A stretch of DNA of 64,000 nucleotides. Source: an uncultured archaeon. Lineage in GTDB: Archaea; Thermoproteota; Nitrososphaeria; Nitrososphaerales; Gagatemarchaeaceae. Position 1 is the first letter of the stretch. Each line of letters opens with the position of its first letter. The stretch spans positions 448,001 through 512,000 of the forward strand of contig CAWFOU010000007.1 of assembly GCA_963817525.1 (NCBI GenBank). Reading direction: 5' to 3'. Shown here piece by piece: positions 9,224-18,541 of this stretch. The position numbers were made by a program, and so were the translations under genes. The notes under the pieces are model-generated. The model was not told the DNA's origin, did not search any database, and saw only the letters and a program-made list of their open reading frames with translations.

Positions 9224-10179
9224 CTCTTAGTCCCCCTCATCGCGTTGATGTACGCCTCGTCGAGCTCGCTCTCCGAGTACCTCAGGCCGAGCAGGCTGGC
9301 GCCGGACCCGACCACCGTCTTTGCTATCTCGGCCCTCGGGTCCGAGTCCTTCTCGGTCTCGACCAGAAGGCCCGCGGCGTTGGCACTGACGCGCCTTACC
9401 CCCTCGACGGAGGAGATGCGGGAGACCAGCAAGGCGTCGGCCATGGGCGGCCCGACCTCGACGACGATGAGCCTCGAACTGAGGCTCTGGCGGATGAACC
9501 CGTCGATGGGGCCGCGGAAGAGCATCTTCCCGGAGTGGATGACCGCGAGGCTGGTGCAGAGCGACTCGACCTCGGAGAGGATGTGGGAGGACATGATTAT
9601 CGTCCCGCCGTCCTTTGCAAAGTCCCGAAACATCGAGCGGAACTGTACCACGCCGGCCGGGTCGATGCCGATCATCGGCTCGTCGAGGATTAGGACCTTG
9701 GGTGACCCGACCATCGACTGGGCCACGCTGAGGCGCTGGACCATCCCCTTGCTGAGCTTGGCTATCTTGTAGTCCGCATACTGGATGAGCCCGACCCTCT
9801 CGAGCAGGGCCGGGACCTGGGCCCCCGCCTGGGCTCTGTCGAGCCCGAGCTCGCTCGCGGTGAGCTGGATGAGCTCCTTGGGCGAGAGGAACGACTGGAG
9901 GTTGGGCAGCTCGGGCGAGTACCCCACCCGCTCGAGGGCGCGGACATGGTCGCCGAGGGGGTCGCGCTCCATCAGCCTCACCACCCCCGAGGTCGGCCTG
10001 ATGAGCCCCAGGAGCATCCTGATGGTGGTCGACTTGCCTGAGCCGTTGGGGCCGAGGAACCCGACTATGTCCCCTTGACCCACCGAGAACGTGACCGGGC
10101 CTATCTCCTTGGGGCCATAGTCCTTGACGGCCTGGTCGAAGTTGATAACTGCGTCTGTCGTCGCTACGCTCACATCCAA
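9220..10179 (-). CDS. ABC exporter ATP-binding protein
   Basis: GPNGSGKST, LSKGMVQR, ILDEP, SSHILSE. Confidence 0.95.
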   Translation of the reverse strand: MDVSVATTDAVINFDQAVKDYGPKEIGPVTFSVGQGDIVGFLGPNGSGKSTTIRMLLGLIRPTSGVVRLMERDPLGDHVRALERVGYSPELPNLQSFLSPKELIQLTASELGLDRAQAGAQVPALLERVGLIQYADYKIAKLSKGMVQRLSVAQSMVGSPKVLILDEPMIGIDPAGVVQFRSMFRDFAKDGGTIIMSSHILSEVESLCTSLAVIHSGKMLFRGPIDGFIRQSLSSRLIVVEVGPPMADALLVSRISSVEGVRRVSANAAGLLVETEKDSDPRAEIAKTVVGSGASLLGLRYSESELDEAYINAMRGTKS

Positions 10180-10216
10180 CCCGGTGGCATCCGTCAGTCG
10201 CGGGCAGTCTCGTCCG

Positions 10217-10930
10217 TCAATCTACCCAGTGGTCTGGGTTCGAAGGGGCGGCGGGCGCCTTCTTTCTCTTCATCCTAACCCCCAGCGAGAGCGCCACCGC
10301 GCCAACCGCGAGGGAGAGCTCGGCGCCCGCGGAGGCCGCCTGGAGCGCGGGAGCCGCGGCCGCGGTGGTGAGCGCGAGGGACGTCGCCGTCAGGGTCGCG
10401 GAGACGCTGGAGCCGTTGGACTGGGCGGTCGCGGAGTAGACCAGGTCCGACGGGAACGCGGAGATGGTGCCGGCTATGGTCTTGGACCCGTTGGACGAGG
10501 TGATGTCAGCGGAGAACGCGTAGTTAGTCAGGGTGTATGCCTTGCCCTGGAAGGTCGCCTGGGAGGTCCCCTGTTGCGAGATCTTCGCCGTCACCGTGTA
10601 GCCCTTGTCAGAGTAGGTGAAGTTCTGGCTGGATATCCCAGGCAGGAAGGGGAATATCGTCAAAGAGGAATTGACCACGCGGGAATAGGTGAAGTTGGTC
10701 TGGGTGCCCACTACGGCCAGGCCGATGATCGACTCGCCCGTCGTCGAGCTCGGGGTGACGGACTCGTTCACGGAGGCGGCGCGAGTGGTCCCGTTGTAGC
10801 TCGCCTGGACGTTGTATACGACGTAACCTGACGAAGCCGAGGAAGAGCTTGCCGTGGTAGACGCCTGAACAAGAGGCACCAGCGCCAGCAGGCAGATGGC
10901 CGCGAGCGGGAGTGCCAGGGTTAGCTTCAA
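10217..10930 (-). CDS. Secreted or membrane-anchored Ser/Thr-rich protein
   Basis: Signal peptide, beta-rich body, C-terminal hydrophobic segment followed by MKRKK. Confidence 0.7.
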   Translation of the reverse strand: MKLTLALPLAAICLLALVPLVQASTTASSSSASSGYVVYNVQASYNGTTRAASVNESVTPSSTTGESIIGLAVVGTQTNFTYSRVVNSSLTIFPFLPGISSQNFTYSDKGYTVTAKISQQGTSQATFQGKAYTLTNYAFSADITSSNGSKTIAGTISAFPSDLVYSATAQSNGSSVSATLTATSLALTTAAAAPALQAASAGAELSLAVGAVALSLGVRMKRKKAPAAPSNPDHWVD

Positions 10931-10991
10931 ACTAAGAAAAGACGCGTCTCGCTCCTTGATAAGGCTTGTTGAAGATCGAAAGGGCTCTTCG

Positions 10992-11234
10992 TTAGGTGGC
11001 GCTGACCTCCGTTTCGGTTTGGGTTGTCTTGGCCTTACGCAATGATAAGCTGATTATGAAGACCGAGTAGGCTAGAAGCCCCGCACCTGCCAAGAACAGA
11101 TAGAAGGATATGGGAGTCGGAGAACAGAACATACCTTTTGGACAATTTCTTGAGGGTAAAGAGACGCTCTCTTGACTCAAAGAGAGCAGAAGGCACCCCA
11201 TGACTATACCCACAGACGGCCAGACGCCCTTCAT
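10992..11234 (-). CDS. Small membrane protein
   Basis: Two hydrophobic segments flanking a CPKGMFC loop; lower GC. Confidence 0.55.
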   Translation of the reverse strand: MKGVWPSVGIVMGCLLLSLSQESVSLPSRNCPKGMFCSPTPISFYLFLAGAGLLAYSVFIISLSLRKAKTTQTETEVSAT

Positions 11235-11304
11235 GCTTCGACCACCATCTCTGTCGTCAGGGTCTTTCTTGAGCGATTCGAGCCCTTTTTTTCACGAGCC
11301 AGAA

Positions 11305-11814
11305 TTACTGGACTCCGGTGAACTGGCACACGCTGACGGGAGCTCCGGGTCGTCCCGTGTACGGATTACACGTGAGTCCGGACGACACGCCGCAGTCGAT
11401 TGGGCAGGTCCCGCAGGACTCGTTGGGGTCGCACACGCCGTTGCCGCACGACTGCTGGAAGACCTCGCATTGAGCGGCGTCCATTCCAGAGGGACAAGGA
11501 TAGACAGGCGTGGTGGGGAAGTGCGGCGCCAAGGTATATCCTGCCGGGATGTAGCCAAGGTAGTCCGCCCAGGCGCCCAGAGGCTGGAGGCATTAGCCTT
11601 GGGCGTTCATCGTGCAGGAGCCGCCAGGGCCGGATTCGGACTTTCCGCTCTGAGGGGTGCTGCTGGTGGCGTTGGCCGACGAGGAGGTGCTTTTGATGGC
11701 AGTGCTTCGGGCCGGGGCCGAAGTGTAGTAGTATATCCCGGCCGCACCGGCGATCAGCAGGACCGCCAACACGCCGACGGCAGTAGCCTTTGCGAGGGCC
11801 CTCCGCCTCACCAT
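11305..11814 (-). pseudogene. Cys-rich secreted protein interrupted by an in-frame TAA (11593-11595)
   Basis: ORFs 11593-11814 and 11305-11532 are in the same frame. Read-through gives CTMNAQG*CLQPLGAWADYLGYIP...CGNGVCDPNESCGTCPIDCG with an N-terminal signal/TM segment. Confidence 0.75.
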
Positions 11815-11864
11815 AGACCAGAAACCTCGACTATTTCAGAACCTCGGATTCATTTAAGGCCTTC

Positions 11865-11894
11865 ATGACGACGAGGTTCCGAAATCGTCGTCAT
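11865..11894. repeat. Perfect 10-bp inverted repeat with 10-nt spacer
   Basis: ATGACGACGA-ggttccgaaa-TCGTCGTCAT in a divergent intergenic region. Confidence 0.7.
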
Positions 11895-12057
11895 AAGAGC
11901 GAGGCGATGGTTAGGAAGAAAAGACGCGGTTGCTCGGCAACTCGATGTATGTTTGGCGGCCGCGTGCGTCTCGCGTTCGCAAGAACAAAGGTTGCCGCAA
12001 GGGGAACTTAATCTCAGCGTTTTTTCGACGCGCCGACGGTCGGAGCCTTAGAACCAG

Positions 12058-12723
12058 TTGTCGAAGGTCCCGATAAGCGCTAATAGTGCTTCGGGTGAAA
12101 GCGGGCGGCAGCCGTTGAAGAAGCCAGCCACCGTCAAGCGCAAGACGCCGAAGAAGAGCGAGCAGGAGTTCGTCAGGGAGGAGATATCGAAGGCGACAGG
12201 GGTGCAGTTCGAGGTCGTCCCGCCCCACCCGGCGTTCCCCCTCGCGGTCGACCGCCTCGACTGGTTCATGCGGTGCAGGAACAAGGAGGAGATAGCACAG
12301 TCGCCCTACCTCAACGCCGCGTGGAAGGAGAAGCGCGTGGGGATCTGGCTCGAGTCGCTAGCGGTGGGGGACACGATAGACTGGATCGAGATCGCGTACG
12401 GGGACGAGAAGGTCGGCGAGTCCTTGGATATCGACTACTCCCGTTTCGACGACCCGACGTTTCAAGAAGACTTTAGGCAGAGGTTCCCGATCGTGTGGGA
12501 GAGGATAAGGAAGTACGAGCGGGTCGTGGCGGACGTCTCGAAGAAGGAGAAGGTCAAGCTGCAGATTCGACGCGCGGGCTCGAGGGGGATGCTCGTCTTC
12601 ACTATCGCTGCACTCGTGGCGGTCCCCAAGAGCGCGTCCCAAGCCGCCCTGGGCTCCGCCATCAGGAAGAACGTTTCCGCCCTGAAGGAAGCCTACGGCG
12701 AGATCGAGATAGAGAAGCTCTGA
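12058..12723 (+). CDS. Hypothetical protein
   Basis: 221-aa ORF with host-like codon bias; no recognised motif. Confidence 0.65.
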   Translation: MSKVPISANSASGESGRQPLKKPATVKRKTPKKSEQEFVREEISKATGVQFEVVPPHPAFPLAVDRLDWFMRCRNKEEIAQSPYLNAAWKEKRVGIWLESLAVGDTIDWIEIAYGDEKVGESLDIDYSRFDDPTFQEDFRQRFPIVWERIRKYERVVADVSKKEKVKLQIRRAGSRGMLVFTIAALVAVPKSASQAALGSAIRKNVSALKEAYGEIEIEKL

Positions 12724-13249
12724 TAGCCTTCGTCTTGCCGCGCTTGGGAGAGGCCTCCTCCGCCCTGCTCATCTCCGTCCACTTGGCCGCGAACTCGTCC
12801 CTCTTTGGGCGATAGAGTGAGGAGAAGAACTCCTCCCCCGAGAGCAGGGTCTCGCGGTCAAAGTGCCCGACGTAGTCGACCGCCTCCTCCCACGCGTCCT
12901 TGAACTTCCCCTGGAACCTCGACTCTATCTGCTTCTGGAAGTCCTCCTTCCCCTGAGTCTTCCCCCCTATCGTGAACAGGAGCTCCGAGCCCGGGGCCTT
13001 GTACGCCATCTCGTTGCCGACGTGATAGGTGTCTGGCTGCTGGTATCCCACGCCCTGGCCGGATGATCGGTGCTCGCCGGGGCCTTGACCCCCGCCGCCC
13101 TCGAAGCCGCGCTTCGCTGCGGCATAGAAGATCGCCCTGTTGAGGCCCCACGAATAGGCTGAGTCGAGGGGCAGGCCTAGGGCGTGCGCCCTGGCTGCCT
13201 GGAGCGTAGCCATCACTATGAATCGCGATATTGCCAACTCGGGATTCAA
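12662..13249 (-). CDS. Hypothetical protein
   Basis: 195-aa ORF with a protein-like core (QAARAHALG...SAYSWGLNRAIFYAAAKRGF...YRPKRD); its tail overlaps the convergent gene. Confidence 0.7.
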   Translation of the reverse strand: MNPELAISRFIVMATLQAARAHALGLPLDSAYSWGLNRAIFYAAAKRGFEGGGGQGPGEHRSSGQGVGYQQPDTYHVGNEMAYKAPGSELLFTIGGKTQGKEDFQKQIESRFQGKFKDAWEEAVDYVGHFDRETLLSGEEFFSSLYRPKRDEFAAKWTEMSRAEEASPKRGKTKAIRASLSRSRRRLPSGRKRSS

Positions 13250-13334
13250 AACTTGCGGCGGATTCTTAATTGTTGTGCGCTACAGCAAGCCTCAGGACTA
13301 TAGACTAGAGATGCAGGATGAACGCACCGGACGG

Positions 13335-13664
13335 TCAACCGCAATGCAGAAGACTCGAATGCTCTAGAAACATGGCCAAGGATGAGAACTCCCCGTTATA
13401 GACGCCGGAGCCGCATATTATCCCGGGCGCAAGAATAATTTCGTAGAAGTTTGGATACTGGAAACGACCGCCGTACCCGGAAAAATATACTGCAGTGACC
13501 GAGCCGTATAACGGACACCCTGGCTGGGCACCATGAAGTGGGCACTCGAGCAGGCGCCCAGGGGGTACTAGGTAAAACGCGGGCATCGGGATAGGCACTA
13601 GAAACAGAAATAGGAAAACTACTGCTAGCCCGCATGTCGCGCCAATCGCGACGCGTCGCTTCAT
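13335..13664 (-). CDS. Small membrane-anchored Cys-containing protein
   Basis: N-terminal basic residues plus a TM segment; lower GC. Confidence 0.5.
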   Translation of the reverse strand: MKRRVAIGATCGLAVVFLFLFLVPIPMPAFYLVPPGRLLECPLHGAQPGCPLYGSVTAVYFSGYGGRFQYPNFYEIILAPGIICGSGVYNGEFSSLAMFLEHSSLLHCG

Positions 13665-13748
13665 TATTACCCCTGATTATTTTGGTGCCCGGATATTTCT
13701 AAGGTTTACCCGTGCGACATGCCGTCCTGCGATTGTCGCCTACGCGAG

Positions 13749-14801
13749 CTAAATTGTCTTGGCCACTATCCTGTTCCTCAGGGTCCCCCCAATCCTCTTG
13801 GAGGAGACCTCCACCACGTCGCCGACCTTCAGGAACCTCCCGGGGAGGAAGTCTCCGTCCTTGTCCCTCTTGCTCGAGTCCGCGGCCGTCCCCGCGCACG
13901 TCCCGGACGCTATCACGTCCCCGGGGTTGAGCTGAATGTCCTCCGAGAGGAACTCCACCCACTCGGCGAACCCCCTGATCATGTCCTTCGTGTTGCCTCT
14001 CTGCCTGACCTCCCCGTTGACCGACGTGGAAAAGTCGATGTCCTGTGGGTCGGGCGCCTCGTCCTTGAGCGCCACAATAGGGCCTAGCGCGCCGGAGCCC
14101 TGGAAGTTCTTCACCCTCGCGAAGTTCAGCACCCCCTTGTCCATGTTGTCCCGCAGGGAAAAGTCGTCGAAGAGCGTGTAGCCGAAGACGTGGTCAAGCA
14201 ACTTGGAGCGCTTGATGTCCTTGCCCCCTTTGCCGATTATCATGGCGACCTCCCCCTCGTAGTCGAGCAGCCTCGTCCTTGAGGGGTACTGAACATCATC
14301 GCCCGGGTTGCTAACGTTGCTCCCCATCTTGTAGAAGCCCCACTGCGGGCTGGCGAGAGCCTGAGCCCTCGCCTCCTCCAGGGTCAGGACCTTCCTCTCC
14401 TTCCCCATCGAGGCGGGCGAGTTCCTCGAGAGCCCGACGAAGTGGTCGGCGAAGTTGGCGCCGATGCACATGATCTTGAACCTGAAGCTGTCAGTGACCG
14501 GCGCGAGAAGCCTCGCGGGGCCGAGCCGGAAGACGATCTTCTCTCCGCGCTGCCCTCTCAGGCCGTCGAGGTCCTCCTTCGCGAAGCGCAGCACCTGCCC
14601 CGCGGTCTTGAGCGCGCGGTCGCCGCCCTCGATGAAGGCCCTGAAGTCGTGCCCCACGAGCGCCTCGGCCTCGTCATGCGAGGAGAGGTGCGCCGCGGCG
14701 GCCTTCTGCAGGTCGACCACCTTGTCGCCCAGCACGAGCCCCAGGCGTTTCTCTGGGCCATAGACGGCTAGCTTCAAATGAGATGGACGTGTCCGCGCCA
14801 C
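13749..14801 (-). CDS. Fumarylacetoacetate hydrolase family protein
   Basis: KIMCIGANF, LDYEGEVA, GYTLFDDFSLRD, KNF, LNPGDVIASGT. Confidence 0.93.
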   Translation of the reverse strand: MARTRPSHLKLAVYGPEKRLGLVLGDKVVDLQKAAAAHLSSHDEAEALVGHDFRAFIEGGDRALKTAGQVLRFAKEDLDGLRGQRGEKIVFRLGPARLLAPVTDSFRFKIMCIGANFADHFVGLSRNSPASMGKERKVLTLEEARAQALASPQWGFYKMGSNVSNPGDDVQYPSRTRLLDYEGEVAMIIGKGGKDIKRSKLLDHVFGYTLFDDFSLRDNMDKGVLNFARVKNFQGSGALGPIVALKDEAPDPQDIDFSTSVNGEVRQRGNTKDMIRGFAEWVEFLSEDIQLNPGDVIASGTCAGTAADSSKRDKDGDFLPGRFLKVGDVVEVSSKRIGGTLRNRIVAKTI

Positions 14802-14895
14802 CGTCGTCTAATGAGTTTTTCCTGGCGGGGCGGCGTAGGAATCCGCTCTCGCTCGGGCAATCACTAGTAAGAATGATTCTAAATTAACGCTTATA

Positions 14896-15915
14896 TTGCC
14901 CTCGACTCGAGATTTTAGAGTCATGATGTCGATTCATCCGGAGAAGGTGGAGGCGAAGAAGCACGGCAATGAGAACGAGCTTATCGTGTACGGTCCGTTC
15001 CACAAGACCTTCTTCGACTTCCTGACCCAGTTCCGCCACAGGTACTACGGTCTCGACATAGACCTCACCTACTATGCGGCCCACCCGGTGGAGGTCGTCC
15101 AGAAGGTGAGGGACGAGGTGAAGTACGGCATCCCGACGGCCGACGTGGTGATGCTCCCGCACTACACAACCTTGATGCTCAAGGAGTCGGGGCACCTCCG
15201 TGACTACCGCTCGCCCGAGCTGAAGGCCTTTGACCCCATGTTTAGGGACAAGGCAGGGATGTGGTCCGCCATCGCGGTGGAGCCCACGAACTTCATCTAC
15301 AACCGCCAGTTCCTCGACCAGAAGCTCGTCCCGAACAAGCTGTGGGACCTGACAAACCCGGGACTCAAGGGGCTGGTCTCGATGCAGTCTACCCAGGACT
15401 GGTCTGACGGCATGTACTCGTTCTTCTACTTCGCGACCCTGCTCGGCTTGATCGGGGAGAAGAAGTGGGACGAGTTCGTAAAGGCGTTCATCAAGAACAC
15501 AAACCCCGCGGTGTTCGCGTGCTACCACAACATGCAAAAGTACGTCTCGAGAGGAGACTATGCGATCGGGCTGCCTTTGCCCCTCATCAAGGTAGGCTGG
15601 GAGGTCGAGACGCTCAACCTGTCGGACGTCCCGAAGACGGCGAGCATGAGGAGCATCGGGATAGTTAAGGAAGCGGCGCACCAGAAGAACGCCGAGACGT
15701 TCGTCAACCACCTGCTGTCCGCCGAGTGGCAGAACCAGATGGGCAAGAACTATGAAGGATTAGTCCCCACAAGGCCGGGAGCGACCATGAAGTACAACGC
15801 CCCGTTCGTCAACCCGACGACCGCGTTCAAGTACTTCCCCGACGAGCACGGCGTGAAGGACGCGTTCTCGCCCAAGTCGCTCCTCGAGAAGTTCAAGTCC
15901 GTAGGCCTACCATAA
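14896..15915 (+). CDS. Solute-binding-protein fold (Fe3+/thiamine/polyamine class), no signal peptide
   Basis: ELIVYG, ADVVM, YRSPE, FIYN, PNKLWDL.NP.LKG, NAETFVNHLLS.EWQ. Confidence 0.8.
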   Translation: MPSTRDFRVMMSIHPEKVEAKKHGNENELIVYGPFHKTFFDFLTQFRHRYYGLDIDLTYYAAHPVEVVQKVRDEVKYGIPTADVVMLPHYTTLMLKESGHLRDYRSPELKAFDPMFRDKAGMWSAIAVEPTNFIYNRQFLDQKLVPNKLWDLTNPGLKGLVSMQSTQDWSDGMYSFFYFATLLGLIGEKKWDEFVKAFIKNTNPAVFACYHNMQKYVSRGDYAIGLPLPLIKVGWEVETLNLSDVPKTASMRSIGIVKEAAHQKNAETFVNHLLSAEWQNQMGKNYEGLVPTRPGATMKYNAPFVNPTTAFKYFPDEHGVKDAFSPKSLLEKFKSVGLP

Positions 15916-15958
15916 TCTCGCCGAAAGCGGCGAATTAGCAGCCAGGTCAGCGTGAGCT

Positions 15959-16900
15959 CTAGTTCTTCGCGAAGAGCTTCGCGAGCGAGGAGATGGAGTC
16001 CGGGGCGGTCGGCATCATCTCGGCGTTGGGGAAGGGGACGAGCTTCTCCCCGTGGACGAGCTTGTCGAGCGAGTACGGGACTTCTATCCCGGTCCTGGAG
16101 GGTATCCTCAGGTAGGTGCTCCCCACCTTCTTCTGGCCTTCCTTCGAGAGGAGGAACTCCATCAGGAGCTCCGCGGCGGCGGGATGGCTCCCGGCGCGGG
16201 TCTTTGCGATCGCGTTGAAGGTCAGGAGCATCGGCACGTCCTTGAGCTTGAGGCGCTCGATGGACCGCTTCGCCTCCTTCGCCTTCACATAGTCGTGCAG
16301 GAGGACGGTGAGGCCAATCTTGCTCTCCCCGCTGGTCACAGAGTCCACGACGGGGTCGTAGAGGGGGGACATCTTGGGCTGGTTCTTGGCGAGACCCTCG
16401 GCGAACTTCTTCCACTTCTTCTCGCCGAAGATCGGCCTGAGCGAGGCTAGCCAGTAGGCCCCGAGGGTCCCCAGCGACAGGTCGTGCGAGATTATCGCCC
16501 CCTTCCACTCCGGGTCGGTCAGGTCCATGGCGGTCTTGGGGAGCTCCTTCTTGGCCACCACCTTGGGGTTGTAGACCTGAATCATTCCTATCGATACGAG
16601 GGGGAACCAGTAGCCCTCCGGCTCGAGGACGTCCTTGGGGTAGGCCTTCGTCTCCTTGAGCTTGGTCCTCGCGAGGAGGTCCAGGCCGCGAAACTGCATG
16701 AGTGGGGGGACTGCCACTATGACGGCGTCCGCTGTCTCCCTCCCCGCCTTGGCCTCCTCCATTATCTCCTTGGCCATGGGGGGCGGGGTCCCGGGGACGT
16801 ACTTCCTCCTGTACTCGACCTCGATGCCCGGATACTTCTTCTCGAACGCTTCCTTCCAGCCCGAGAACTCGTCCACCTCGACCGTGCCGTAGACCAGCAC
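15959..16900 (-). CDS. Solute-binding-protein fold (Fe3+/thiamine class), no signal peptide; true start uncertain
   Basis: LVYG, FEKKYPGIEV, ADAVI, YNPK, PKT..DL.DP.WKG, HPAAAELLMEFLLSKEGQ. Confidence 0.85.
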   Translation of the reverse strand: MLVYGTVEVDEFSGWKEAFEKKYPGIEVEYRRKYVPGTPPPMAKEIMEEAKAGRETADAVIVAVPPLMQFRGLDLLARTKLKETKAYPKDVLEPEGYWFPLVSIGMIQVYNPKVVAKKELPKTAMDLTDPEWKGAIISHDLSLGTLGAYWLASLRPIFGEKKWKKFAEGLAKNQPKMSPLYDPVVDSVTSGESKIGLTVLLHDYVKAKEAKRSIERLKLKDVPMLLTFNAIAKTRAGSHPAAAELLMEFLLSKEGQKKVGSTYLRIPSRTGIEVPYSLDKLVHGEKLVPFPNAEMMPTAPDSISSLAKLFAKN

Positions 16901-16975
16901 CCTGCCCTCCTCGCTGGCCTTCTTGACCGCGGAGCTGGCTTGGCTCGTCTTGCGCGCCTCGGTTTCGTTTCGGCC

Positions 16976-18318
16976 TCAGGCTAGATATGTCTTGCCGGGA
17001 GGGAAGGGCCGGTTCTGGTGAGTCCTCGTTTGGTTGACTCTACTAGTCCTCTGTTGAATTCCGTTTGGTGAGCGCGGCTTGTCTCCACGATTGCAAGAGC
17101 GATGGGTCACTTCACCGTTTGAAATCTCGGTCTTTCCCCCGTCGGTATGACGGTCCCTGTGGTTTGGCTCATAGTCCTCAAAGTTCTCGACTCTCTTACC
17201 GCAAATCGCACACACCTTGGTCGTTGACAAGTCCCAGATTATCCGCTTTTCTTCATCGTTGAACTTTCTCTTGGGGTCTCTCGCAATCAAGAACGGTAGA
17301 ACCAATCTTCGGACTACTCCTGTTCGGTTGATTCTTGCCTCTTTGTCGGTCGTGTGGAGTTGAATTGATTCAAAGAACTTGTTCGTCAAGTCATCCAAGG
17401 GTAGAACTTCCCCTTTCTTCGCGAGAGTTGCTTTGTCTACCCTGTGCGATAGTCCCAACAGCGCGTCGCGTATTTGCTGGTATCGCTCTGTCGGAAACTG
17501 GTATTCCTTTGTCAGTTCCGCAATCGCGAGAAATAGGGAATAGTATTCGGCCTTGTTGTGCCACCGCGTAGCCCGCAAGTCGCCGATTATGTCTTCGATT
17601 AGCTGTCTGCTATGGTTGAATCTCTTGCGTATCTCGTCTTGGTCTGAGAAGACATCATCGTGAAGTCGATAGTAGGCATCGATTGAATCTTGGTCTTTCT
17701 TATCGATACCATGCATCATGGCGATCAATATCTCGCTGATGAACTCCGCGTCGAGCATTCGACGAACATCGTTTGGAGTCATCACCTTGTTCTCAGTCCA
17801 ATATTCGTCATCGGCCAGTTGGTAGACGAGAGCATGGAAGAGACCACTGTAAGTAGCATGGCGTAGCTCCTGAGAGTTCAGGGGAACAACGTTCTTGTTA
17901 AGGCGACGAAAGACCTCTTTGACATCATCGTCGTTTGGTGTCTTTAGTTCTCTGACAACTAGTTTGTAATCCCAGAACTCCTTCTTCACTCCGTCTGGAA
18001 GTTCGTTGAAGTATTTCCCTCCAAACTCTCGGTTGTCTTCTTCGAGAATTACGAAGTCTTTGTTCACGAATCCAAGAATGGCTCTTATTCGCTGTTGTCC
18101 ATCAACGACGACGTAACGGGTATTCCCTTGTCGGTCTTCACTTGGAGGTATATTTCGGGGATGGGGAAATGATTGATTATCGTATCTATCAGGTAGGACT
18201 TGTTAGAGGTATTCCAGACTGGCTTGCGCTGAAATGGAGGCGCGATTTCGAGCCTTCCCTCAGTTTGCCATCTGACAAACTCGGTTATCCGGTGCGCGGT
18301 TGGAGGCTCGTTGTCCAA
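16976..18318 (-). pseudogene. DUF262 (GmrS/ParB-like) plus HNH nuclease, frameshifted near 18125
   Basis: N-part has FQRKPVW and LIDTII..FPIPEIYL. Adding 1 nt at AAG GG^AAT restores RYVVVDGQQRIRAI. Then EVFRRLN, LNSQELRHA and C-terminal CAICG...H...GGKT..SNG...HRSCN. Confidence 0.85.
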
Positions 18319-18324
18319 GCAAGG

Positions 18325-18456
18325 TCAACTCTTGAGTGCTTTCTTAATGAGTCTTACTACGGTCTCGTTGTTGTTCTTGAGGTCATACTCTATCTTGTAT
18401 CTTAGGACATCCTTCCACGTTGCGTCGTCGATATCCAGAATCAGTTTCTTCGGCAT
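18325..18456 (-). CDS. 43-aa ribbon-helix-helix-like regulator (not in ORF track)
   Basis: MPKKLILDIDDATWKDVLRYKIEYDLKNNNETVVRLIKKALKS: alternating strand followed by two helices; ends 6 nt before the DUF262 start. Confidence 0.7.
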   Translation of the reverse strand: MPKKLILDIDDATWKDVLRYKIEYDLKNNNETVVRLIKKALKS

Positions 18457-18541
18457 TAGCGACCATTAACAACCATTAATCGACAGGTATTTATAGATAA
18501 CTCGCCTAGGGTATTAATGACCGTTAATGATTGTTAGTGGT
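18454..18541. promoter_or_regulatory. Divergent promoter with two inverted arrays of three 10-bp repeats
   Basis: CATTAGCGAC/CATTAACAAC/CATTAATCGA, then TATTTATAGATAA, then TATTAATGAC/CGTTAATGAT/TGTTAGTGGT. Confidence 0.7.

Noticed and set aside
11593-11595. Selenocysteine or pyrrolysine read-through at in-frame stops (also 36912)
   Set aside because: Both stops are TAA, not TGA or TAG.
18454-18541. CRISPR array or iterons
   Set aside because: Units are 10 bp, contiguous and without spacers; no cas or rep gene is nearby.
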